A stretch of 42,493 bases of DNA, taken from NCBI RefSeq assembly GCF_001194135.2, contig NC_068983.1:115262206-115304698 (forward strand). The letters run 5' to 3'. A program made the translations under genes and the position numbers. This document shows, piece after piece, positions 1-10,349 of this stretch. The stretch is from Octopus bimaculoides (Eukaryota). Within the stretch, counting starts at the first letter, position 1, and every line of letters begins with the position of its first letter. The notes under the pieces were generated by a model. The model saw only the letters and a list, made by a program, of their open reading frames with translations. It had not been told where the DNA came from and did not search any database.

Positions 1-53
<53 letters not shown>

Positions 54-230
54 GGCAGGACTACTGTAAAGATATATATACATATACATCCGTTATATAT
101 ACATGTATATATATATATACGTACATACATGCATATTAAATCCGTTATGTGTGTGTGTGCATGCTCGTGAGTGTGTGTACATGTGTCTATACGCGCGCGT
201 GCCCGTGTGTGTATGTGCGCATGCGTGTTT
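1..230. repeat. (AT)n / (AC/GT)n microsatellite mosaic
   Basis: Direct reading: (AT)n at 1-50, then interrupted AT/AC/GT/GC dinucleotide runs. Confidence 0.95.
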
Positions 231-384
231 GTTATATGAAGTAGGAGTACTAAATTAAAGTTCTCATCTTTGCATTATGCTTAATGTAAATACACCGTTG
301 AAAGGAAATTTCACCGCGGTATTCGTCGTGGAAAAACATCTCTTATGGATGCACTCAATTAAAAAACACAATATACATCAAGAG

Positions 385-1035
385 ATGAAACTCGTCCCAG
401 CAGCGACTAATGAGGACACCAGATGCACTTCTGCTGCATTGGGCAGATTTTTCTGGGTGGTCTACCTTCACACTTGCACCAGTCTTTTTGAGCTAAGTTG
501 ATAGTTGAGGGCTGATACTTTCAAATGCGCCAATTACTATTGGCATCACATCTACTCTCCTCATTGACCACAACCTTCTTATTTCCCTACTTCAAATCGT
601 CGTAGTTGTTCAGTTTTTCATCTTTCTCCTTGATTTTGTTGTCACCGAGACGTGCTATGTCGATTATGATGCATGTTCTTTCTTTTTTATTCACCACAAC
701 AATGTCAGGTTTCCGATGTCTGGTCAAGTGATCGTACTGTATCATTGCATCCCACAGGATTTTGCAATTTTCATTCTCGGTGGTTCCTTCTGGAGTTTGG
801 TCATACCACGTCTTTGCTCTTTGTAGTCTGTGATTTTCCACAGAGCTCCCATTCTTGCCACATTGTCATGTCTTTTATGTTATCGCGTTGTGCCAATTTC
901 GGGCATTCGCTAACGAGCTGCCATACCGTTTGAACCCTCTCATCACACATTCTGCGTTTGTTGCTGTCGGTTGTGACAGTGGGGTACAAATATATGAAGC
1001 CTAATAAACTCATCATGACTACTTGTGTGATAAGA
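385..1035 (-). mobile_element. R4/Dong-clade non-LTR retrotransposon, decayed 3' fragment (CCHC + restriction-like endonuclease)
   Basis: Minus-strand translation gives RRMCDERVQTVWQLVSECPKLAQ (decayed CCHC), then KILWDAMIQYDHLTRHRKPDIVVVNKKERTCIIIDIARLGDNKIKEK (PD..D RLE motif), then EIRRLWSMRRVDVMPIVIGA. The 3' end GTGTGAAGGTAGACCACC aligns with 32988-33005. Confidence 0.9.
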
Positions 1036-1112
1036 GTACACCAGGCACATGCATCACAACAATATGTGCGCAACATGGTAACGTCCGTCCTTACTTTTTA
1101 AGTTCAAATTCG

Positions 1113-1183
<71 letters not shown>

Positions 1184-1205
1184 CATCATCATCATCATTA
1201 TTATT
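1113..1205. repeat. (TAT)n(CAT)n compound microsatellite, left flank of the 1206-3196 element
   Basis: Direct reading. Confidence 0.95.
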
Positions 1206-3196
1206 TGTTATAAAGCGGTCTTCTGCCACTGTCGTATCTGTCTTTGTACGACGGAAGGCGTCGACAGAATGTTCCTATTGGGATGTGTGCGACCCCCAGT
1301 CATACAGTGTTATTATCCTCAAAAGGTTAGATCGTTATAACGTCCAATCAGTATCATAGTATATTTACTATATCAACACAGACACCACTATCAACACAGT
1401 CTACACGTATTCTGCTACTCTACATACTCTTCTCTCTTTATTTGGGCACTAAGACCACTACATAGAGGAGGACATTACAAGGACAGACAATACAATACAA
1501 AACGTGGGGTACATAGAATGAATGATGAATAAAATGGTTTACTTACAATGAAATGATGAAATGGCTTACGAGTCCCCCAAAACTCGCAGTTTCATTTAAC
1601 AGTTCTCTTATACAGTTTATAATCATTATTATTATCCAATAATTATAAGTGGCATCAACTCCTCTGTCGTTACTACATTTGGCAGGGTGTCGTATCTCAC
1701 ATATAACTCACTTGCTGTAAAATCAATCGGGTGTATTTGTTGCAGTTTTTTCATTACGTGTGCTTCCACCAATATAGCTTTCACTTGTTCATCAAACATT
1801 TCAGGGTCCAGTTTAACCCTTACTAATCCCTTTATTCTTGCAATCGTCTTCTCTAACTCTAAATCCTTGTTGTAATAAACCACTGTTCAGATATTTTTAT
1901 ATTCTAATTTTCCAGCTATATTTCCATTTACTTTTGGTTGAAACTGCTTGTCTGCTACTTTGTTCTGCCACTCTAACCGTTTCAACTGTCTTTTTAATTC
2001 TCTTTCATGCTCTGTTTCTTGGTTTCGATTCCCAGCTTCATCTATTACGGTTTCATTTCCTTCTCAGTCTTTTTTTATTCCTTTCTTTTTTTTTTTTGAG
2101 TTCTTTGGCGGTGATTCAGTCCGCATACGCTTTCTATCTGTTTCTTCAACATTTTTTTCACGCTCCTCGATCTCTTCTTCCATCTGTTTTTACTCTTCCT
2201 CCTCTTGCTCACCTTCTACCACCTCTTCTTCACAGACCTCTGTCTCTTTCGCCTGTACCTCTCTGTAGGAGGACACCGCCTGCATGTGTCCCCTACTTCC
2301 ACATTTATAGCATACGGGTGGCCTCCCCTCCAGCACGATCCTCAGTCGGGTGTCATCGGGGAGCACCAACTCCTCCGCGATGTTGTGCAAGTCTGGCAGA
2401 ATTATATGGGCTAAAATTTCTAACCCCAAACCCCACCAGTTGATCTCCTTTGACCTCTCCACCTTCACTATCTCCACATCTTCTTTGCAATTGTAGATTA
2501 CAGCTGCTACCAGCCATTCTAAATCTATTTCCGGGGTATTCTCCCAATTCTTATTCTTGCGGCTCTTCTACCGCAGTACACTGGCAAAAGAGCCCACTTC
2601 TCCGTTCTCAGAGGTACCGTAGAGTACCTCTTTGCGTCTGCCTCGCTTTTAAAATACATCTTCACTGTTCCATATTTTTTGTCCTCTCGAGTAGAAAACT
2701 ATTTCTTCCATAATTCCGCTTAAACAATTCTCAATCACTTCAGCCTCCGCTATATCAATTTTCTTTGATGTTAAGTTTAATGCTTTGTACGTTATAATTC
2801 TTTTTTCAGCGTTTTCTATAACTTCTTTGGGTTGACTAACCCACTAGCAGTCTCCCTCCTTCAACAATTTAAAATGTCTTTTTAATTTTTCCATTTCGAC
2901 TTTCACTTCTTTCATCTCCATATCGTCAGCCGACCGGCACTTGCCAGCCGCAGCTGCGTAACTAGTAGTCTGCATTACAAACTATTTCACAAATTTTCAA
3001 CAATTTCCAACAATAATTTGTACAACAATAACAATCAACTCACGTTATCTCCGTTCTCCAACACAAAATCACAACACGAACTCTTTTCTACTCTACGTAC
3101 TCTCTTGATACCGGCCGACGTCACCTTACTTATAGTGACTGGTTCATTCCACTCGTCACGTGGGAGGGGGTGTACCATTATTACTATGTCCCTACA
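1206..3196 (-). mobile_element. ORF-only gag/ORF1-like element, copy A (1,991 bp, TG...CA termini, no RT or endonuclease)
   Basis: Unique sequence bounded on both sides by TAT/CAT microsatellite. Termini read TGTTA (1206) and CTACA (3196), each flanked by TTATT. It carries one disabled ORF homologous to 8131-9437. Confidence 0.6.
1632..2975 (-). pseudogene. Disabled gag/ORF1-like protein (SYAAA N-terminus, RRM-like region, CX2CX4HX4C knuckle, acidic/basic tail)
   Basis: ATG at 2975 gives MQTTSYAAAAGK...FYSRGQKYGTVKMYFKSEADAKRYSTVPLRTEKWALLPVYCGRRAARIRIGRIP. A frameshift near 2533 leads to EWLVAAVIY...LEGRPPVCYKCGSRGHMQAVS (knuckle 2271-2312, last Cys to Ser). There is an in-frame TAG at codon 44 and further stops or frameshifts in the tail. 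Confidence 0.8.
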
Positions 3197-3276
3197 TTAT
3201 TATCATCATCATCATCATCATCATCATCATCGTTATTATTATTATTATTATTATTATTATTGTTATTATTATTATT
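3197..3276. repeat. (CAT)n(TAT)n compound microsatellite, right flank of the 1206-3196 element
   Basis: Direct reading. Confidence 0.95.
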
Positions 3277-3495
3277 AAGGCGGTGTGCTGGCAGAATCGT
3301 TAGCACGCCGGACAAAATGTTCAATGACATTTCGTCCGTCTTTACATTGTGTGTTCAAATTCCGCGGAGGTCGACTTTGCCTTTCATGCTTTAGGGGTCA
3401 TTAAAATAAGTAGCAGCTGAGCACTGGAGTCGATGTAATTGACTTACCCCTCCCCCGAACTTTCTGGCCTTGTGCAAAAATTTGAAACCATCATT
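3277..3495 (+). mobile_element. tRNA-derived SINE, family A
   Basis: Head AAGGCGGTGTGCTGGCAGAATCGTTAGC (A-box-like), GTTCAAATTCC (B-box-like), central GAGGTCGACTTTGCCTTTCAT and tail GGCCTTGTGCAAAAATTTGAAACCAT. About 15 homologous copies occur in the window. Confidence 0.9.
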
Positions 3496-3510
3496 GTTTT
3501 TCTTGTAGGT

Positions 3511-3790
3511 AAGACGGCGAGGTGGCAGAATCGTTAGCATGCCAGGCAAATTGCCTAGTACCAGTGATGTACTAGGGTTGATGGCAGCGATTAATACTCT
3601 CTCCTCAACATCTACCAGCCTCATGCCTAAATTAGCATGGGTTCTGAGTTCAAATTATGCCGAGGTTGACTTCGCTTTTCATCATTTCGAGGTCGATAAA
3701 ACAAGTGTCAGTTGAACACTGGCGTTGATGTGATAGACTTACCCCACCTCACCCAGACTTGCTGGTCTTGTGCAAAAATTTGAAACCATT
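3511..3790 (+). mobile_element. Family A SINE carrying an 80-bp internal insertion (3558-3637)
   Basis: Head and tail match 3277-3495. The insert is the reverse complement of 4424-4503 with 5 mismatches in 80 bp. Confidence 0.85.
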
Positions 3791-4179
3791 GTTCATGTTG
3801 TTGTTGTTGTTGTTGTTCATGATGATGATGATGTCATCTGAAAAGCTGACAATGAATCGCTAAGAGAAATTAAGAAACTATTTAAATATAAAGACCAAGG
3901 AAGAGAATGAGCGAGAATATGAAGATAGAAAACAGAAACAATCTACATAATAATAAACGTCTAGGGAATAATTCGAAGACGCAGACGAATATATAACAAA
4001 AGCACCGTATGTAACACAACATACAGAAAACAGCACAACTTAACGCTGTAAACACATAGAATATTTTCAATATAATAGAAAATACAGAAACAAAACAAAG
4101 GACTTGCGCATAGACAAAGTTTACAGCTGCGTTCATTGTGTAGCGAAAGTATGCAATAAAAATAAATATACAGAAGTAA

Positions 4180-4400
4180 AGCTGGGAAACGTGGCAGTCA
4201 TGATCGTAAGATAATGGATTCGATTCCTAGACAGAGTGATGCGTTATGTTCTTGATAAACACTTCATTTCATGTTGTTGCTCTCCACAGAGCTGGCAGAA
4301 AATAAGCAATCCAGAGGATGTTTTGTGCGTCACAAAATCAGGAGAACCGGCTTTATGAGCCTATGGCTCGGGAAGAACCTGTGATTTTTTTGTTGATACT
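4180..4400 (+). mobile_element. tRNA-derived SINE, family D (degenerate)
   Basis: B-box-like GGATTCGATTCC, central TGTTCTTGATAAACACTTCATTTCATGTTG and tail AACCGGCTTTATGAGCC, homologous to 21035-21288. Confidence 0.7.
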
Positions 4401-4423
4401 GAAGTAATAATTCTACTTACGGC

Positions 4424-4616
4424 TGCTAATTTAGGCATGATGCTGATAGATGTTGAAGAGACAGTATTAATCGCTGCCATCAACCCTAGTACACCACTGG
4501 TACTTTATATTATTGAATCCGGAGGATTGAGGAACAGGGTTCACCTTAGCGAGATCAGAACATAAAGAGCCAGAGGAAACACCATGAAGCATTTATTCCG
4601 CTGCGCTAAGGTTCTC
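4424..4616 (-). mobile_element. Divergent family A SINE with an alternative tail
   Basis: Collinear with the reverse complement of family A (ATCAACCCTAGTAC..CTGGTAC..AAGCATT..GCTAAG) but ends in a different 3' tail. Confidence 0.7.
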
Positions 4617-5173
4617 ATTACAAGGGCTTAAAGACTATGAGAATAATACAAAGGAAAGGGTACAGTACAACTAAGTTAACATAAGATCGTGTAAATTTTA
4701 ACAACAAACGAGAAAACTCAACAAATAAAAGTCACAAGTAAGGAAACCGTGAGCTAATTATACTAACTCAACACAACCTAGATCACTCTGATCAACAAGG
4801 ACAAGTGCTGTCTTCCATTCAGCAATTCTGAGAAGAAATCTACTTGAGGGCTATCGGACCAGAATAGTAGAAGATGGAAAAGACTGGTAACCAACACGAA
4901 AGGTAGAAAGGCCCCAAGGAACAGCAGCGGCAGTTTAATGACTACCACCTGTCACAAATCCAAGATTAGAAGAAATAGCCTCGTCTTCGGCGTCAGAAGC
5001 CGGCAATCAGGTAAAGTAATCAGAAGCCTAGTGCTCTCCTATTCCATCAAGAAGCTACAACCAGAAGTAAACACTATGTCATTGCAAGTTAAAGGAGAGG
5101 AAACGGACGTGAGTAAAGGCTGGCAAACAAACACCCAAATAAGAATGAGCTCAAGCAAAAAATGCCTGAGTGG

Positions 5174-5180
<7 letters not shown>

Positions 5181-5254
<74 letters not shown>
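5181..5254. repeat. (GA)n microsatellite
   Basis: Direct reading. Confidence 0.97.
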
Positions 5255-5262
<8 letters not shown>

Positions 5263-6175
5263 CCCATGGAATTCAAATAATGAAGTGGATGTTGAACATA
5301 CTGAAGCAAGAAAGAAGGAATATTGTGAAAACTTGAATAATAAACTGTGTGTGAAAACCACATTAGTAATCCATCGTCTTTCTTGTTGGTTCTTCCCTTG
5401 GCAAGACTTCTTTTAACGGGTTTCAAGAATTTGGATTATTACTTCATTACTCAATAAAATTTGTTACTTTTCTAGTTATATCTCAGCAAACTTTACTTGG
5501 AAAGCCCACTGTGGCATTCTCCATATCAAAGAAAGTTTTGTCATGTTCCCTTTTTGTAAACATTTATTTTCCGGATCTTGTTGACATACGCAGAATAACA
5601 ATGGCGCCTACTTCAACAACATATATTAAATGCACAAATATGCATAACCCAATAAAAGAAAATAAGATTTCTATGACCATTATTAATACGGTGAACAAAA
5701 CGAGTGAGACAACTTTACTAAGTTAACAACAGCAACAACGACGACCACTACGGTGATAATATTCCCATACAGACGAACCACACGAAAATATAAACAAAAA
5801 TATTTTTAAGAACGGCTGTTTTGCCTTTAGGTGGGTGTCTTTATTTGTTTACCAAAGATTTAACTTATCCTCCATCTGGTATTACACTTCACTTTCTTCT
5901 ATTATTATTTTTTATATATGTACATCTTCACGGTTCTTTGTAACCACGCTGAGTGATGTATTGCATTATACGTTGAGGCGTTAAGGATCTTGTAACTAAT
6001 AGAAAAATAGAAATTTGTATTGCTATCTGGCTTATTATCGTTGTAATTGTTGTTACCTTGACTCAAATTACATTCATGCATCAATCGCAAATAGATGCAG
6101 TTTTTATTTGTTAATCCTTTTCTTTTTTAATCCTTTCCTTCAAACACTCATACGTCAAAATTGATGGGAGTGACC

Positions 6176-6188
6176 ATTATTATTATTA

Positions 6189-6242
<54 letters not shown>
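6176..6242. repeat. (TAT)n microsatellite
   Basis: Direct reading. Confidence 0.97.
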
Positions 6243-6243
<1 letters not shown>

Positions 6244-6838
6244 AAACATTTGCCGCAAAAAGGGATTTAAACAAGAACAGCAGCAACCGCTGTAGTAACA
6301 AACCAACAATAGTACAAGAAGAACAAAGGAAACAGAAAAAAATTCAAAGTACAATAAAAATGGTAAAAGAAAAAAAGATTATATCGACAAGACCAACAAC
6401 AAAATGTTTGAGTATGCCAGCGAAGAAATTTTAAAACATGGAACGAAAAGAAGAGACAGCGACATCTTCAGCAACAGCAGCAACAAGAAAACAGAAAACA
6501 GCAATAACGGACATAATAACGACGAAAGGTTTAAAGAAATAAAATCAACAACATTCATGAAATCAGCAATAACACAAGGAAAGGTAACTGGTTGGCAAGA
6601 GCCACCAACACGTAGAATGAGAAAACTAGCTTCTGCTGAAAAAGTAACATACAAGACAAGTCAAACATCATTTGGATAGTCCTGGAGTGATAGTGCTTCC
6701 AGAAGTCAAGCTGGAAACTGATGTTATTTATTAGTTGGAAAGCTATGAAACTACAATTGCATTGACACTTACCATCTCATGACTTCCTATAAAGATATAA
6801 AATGAAATGACACCAATATCAATATCATTATTACCACC

Positions 6839-7035
6839 AAAGCGGTGAGCTGGCAGAATCATCAGCGTGCCGGACAAAATGCTTAACGGCATTTACATTC
6901 TGAGTTCAAATTCCGCTAAGATTAACTTTATCTTTCGTCCATTCGGGTCGATGAAATAAGTAACAGTTGAGCACTAGGGGTCGATGTGATCGACTAATTC
7001 CCTCCCATCAAATGTCAGCCCTTGTACCTAGAGTA
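6839..7035 (+). mobile_element. Family A SINE
   Basis: AAAGCGGTGAGCTGGCAGAATC...CTGAGTTCAAATTCC...GGGGTCGATGTGATCGACT. Confidence 0.85.
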
Positions 7036-8130
7036 ATAAGCATTATCACCACCGACAACAAAGTCAGCATGAATGATATCAACAAAAACAAAACCAACAG
7101 AAAAAAAATAATAAACTGATCTGATGCAATCTTTCCTGTCGTTCTCATGTTTCCAATGAGTACCTACGACAAATAACATTTTAAAAACAACATGAGATTC
7201 GTCTGAAGTTACCATTGATTTTGATTTCCTCAAACAACGCATCTAATGACGAAATTAAATTAGAACACTTTGCCACTTTGATCAAACCGAAAATTTGGCA
7301 GAAGAAAAGAACGTGATGCCTGTAAGATGATAAACGACAACATTAACATCAACAACAGCAACATCAGAAACAATAGCAACTAAAAAGAAACAAAAAAAAC
7401 AATAACAACAATAATAAATACTCCTTAACTTTTCTGTTGCTTGCAAAACAGCAGGGGAGTTTTTTGAAAGAAGGTTACAAAAAAGGATATATTACCAAAA
7501 CCGAAACAACGTAGAAATAGTTTAGTGCCGGAGGGAAACACTCCACTTAAAATCTGCGATCGACAGACTCCTTGTGAATAAAACATCAAGGATTAACAGA
7601 ATTATGAAGGAGAAATTACCAATAGATGTGAAACCGTCTAAAAACCCCATGACACAAAATACTGGATGGGATCTTAAGGGAGCGCAAAACGTACAACTTC
7701 ATCATCAACTAGAGCAACGTTAACCACTGGGCCATTGCGCCTCCTCTTATGAGGTATAAAGATATAAAACAAAATGATACCAATGTCAATATCATTATTA
7801 CCACCAAAGCGATGAGCTGACAATAATTTTGACTGCCCATTTTGGTTTACCGCGTGATGGTCGAGTTCATTTGTTTTACTTGGACCGTCCACAGCTTTAA
7901 CGTAATGGACTGACCTATTCGTCAGTTATAAAATGGGAAGTCCTGGCTCGTTAGGCCCCCAGGGAGGAGAGTTTTTCTACAAGCGACCTGGGACCTTGAG
8001 CTGAGTTAAGTTTGTATTTGAGTATAATTGTAAATCGCTTTGTTGATGCTTGTTCAAGGTATTTCGTACCTACTGTTAATTACCGAATTGTTGAATTGTT
8101 ATTTTTGCTTAATTGTTGTCTTCCCCATTT

Positions 8131-9437
8131 ATGAGTGAAGTTGTAACAAACGAAAAAATGGAGACTCAACCAGTCGGTAGCTATGCTGCAGCAAACGGAA
8201 AGGGTTTAACTGCAGATGTACTACAAGTGAGAGAAATGAAATTTGAGGAGAAAAGATTGAAGGAGTTTAACGAACTCATCGCAAAGGAAGGTACCGGCCT
8301 GAGGTTGACCCCGCCTAAAGAAGTGACAGAGAAGACTATGAAAAGGACGGTAGTCTATAGAACACTGTCTACAGCAACTAAAAAGGTAGATATAGCTACG
8401 GTGGACATAAAGGATCTCACGACATTCTATACTAGAGGAAAGAAGTATGGCACAGTGGATGTTTGGTTTGCGATTGAACAGGAGGCGATAAAGTACTCCA
8501 CTGTGCCGTTGAGGTCGTCAGAATGGGAACTACTGCCAACCTACTGTGGAAAACGTGCGGCAGAGTTAGGATTGGCAGAGTGACCCCAGATATCGCAGAG
8601 GTGTGGCTGGTGGCAGCCATCATCTTCAATACGGAGGAAGAAACAAGAATTCTCAAGGTTACAAGAACAACAGAGGTAAACTAGAAGGAAGACGGCCTTG
8701 AGGTGACGGTCCCAATCAGTTTACCGGATTTTCATAAAATCACAGAAGAGATTATATTGACCGAGGATGTAAAACTGAGAGTGGTAGTGGAAGGAAGACC
8801 TCCCATCTGCTACCACTGCGGAGTACGGGGGACACATGAAAACGAGGTGTTCCAAGAAACACGAAGAGGAAGTACAGCAAGAACAGCAGGAAGAGGAAGA
8901 AGAACAAAAAGTTGAAGCACAAATGCAAGTAGGCGGAAAGAATACAGAAAATGTGGGAGAAAAGCATACAGTAGGAAAAAGAAAGAAGACGAGAGAAGAA
9001 AGCGTGAGTTCGCCACCCAAGAATCCGCTGAAAAAAAAGAACTGATCGGGAATGGGGATAGAACTCCTCATCCAAACCAGTCAAAACATGTGAATGCCAT
9101 CCCAGATCAGATATCTCCATCATACCCGTTACAGTGGATGAAAGAAATGGCAAAGGTGACATATGCCTTTCAGGCAGACTTAAGAGCCTTCTGCCCGACA
9201 TTGAAGGAGAAAGAGAAGGTACCCGCTCTCCTCCCAGCACCAAAGAATCTACCAAAAACATCTACCAAACCCCAAAAAGCAATGACAACGTCATCTGCAA
9301 CACGAGCTACATCAACAGAAACAACAGATAATCCAACAACAGCCACTGCAACACCAATCCCCACCATAGCAACAACGGATTCCCCCAGTCATCACTCAAC
9401 TCCAACACATGACCAGCCATTTCCCGGTTCCAAATAG
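8131..9437 (+). pseudogene. Disabled gag/ORF1-like protein, copy B (homologue of 1632-2975)
   Basis: MSEVVTNEKMETQPVGSYAAANGK...FYTRGKKYGTVDVWF...YSTVPLRSSEWELLPTYCGKRAA; frameshift near 8562; RVRIGRVTPDIAEVWLVAA; TAG at 8682-8684; VEGRPPICYHCGVRGHMKTRC (knuckle 8808-8850, one extra G); SPPKNPLKKK; then a P/T-rich tail ending at 9437. Confidence 0.8.
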
Positions 9438-10349
9438 TCAGACATGACATGCAGTGAGTCTGATCAGGAAAAAACAGCTAGCATTACAAACGAAAAATGG
9501 TGATTAACACAAAATCAGAAACTTCACAAATTGCATAAAAATACACAGACATCACATAAACAGATTTTATAACGTCCACAATCCCAATACCTACACATAT
9601 ACAAATCATTCGAACAACACAAGACACAAGCTTACACCTAAAATCTAATGAGTGATTTTCGAAAGAGCATCACCAAGTGAATACCTGGCTATCTGCTGGT
9701 GGAAAAACCGCAATCAATCCGATCTTTACCAGACCACGACTGTCTCGCGTTACTCTATACCAATCAGACATATACAGTATTTCAAATCATCGCCATCATC
9801 AATATTAATATTATCAGTAGTAGTAGTATGAACTAGTTGTAGTTGTTGTGGGAGTTATATCGGTGGCACTAGAAGCAGCTGCAGCAACAATAGTAAAAGT
9901 CATCGTTGCTTCTGTCGTCATTATCGTCGGGTTAATCATTATATTTGATTTTATCATTACTGTACATTATTTGACATAGTTGGGGACGTTTAACATGTGA
10001 GAACGGAGAGAACACCGTGGATGTTTAATATGTGAGAACGATAAAACATTTATCCGAGATCTATCCAAAAACATCGGGAATAAAAATAACAAATGAAACG
10101 TAAAAATAACTGACAAAGTGTTAGACTATACCCGAAAAAGTAATACTCATCAAAATTTTTCTATTTTCCGAATGAAATGATGTATTAAAACTGCGTACTC
10201 TCTCCATCATTCGCACAACACATGTAAGCATGCTCGCCACATTACGGTTCAAATCAACAACAGACCATTTCTGTCCCTAAACATCATACACAAAAAAGTA
10301 AAAGTTAAATTAAATAATACCTGTATTATTCAGTCCAATAACAAACGGG

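Noticed and set aside
4640-5180. ORF 4938-5336 and upstream purine-rich sequence as a transposon or gene remnant
   Set aside because: No motif I can identify, and the ORF length is inflated by the (GA)n tract.
6243-6700. N/K-rich ORF 6404-6679 after a (TAT)n tract as the 5' end of a LINE
   Set aside because: No recognisable motif; A-rich composition explains the open frame.
8145-9501. ACAAACGAAAAA(A)TGG repeated near the start and after the end of ORF B
   Set aside because: It is A-rich and only about 15 nt, with no surrounding similarity; too weak to call a terminal repeat or TSD.
1293-9578. Exact matches CCCCCAGTCAT (1293, 9382) and TTATAACGTCCA (1335, 9567) between the 3' regions of elements A and B
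   Set aside because: They lie on the same strand although the ORFs are on opposite strands, the spacing differs (about 40 versus 185 bp), and the first falls within B's reading frame. Treated as chance unless a consensus alignment supports them.
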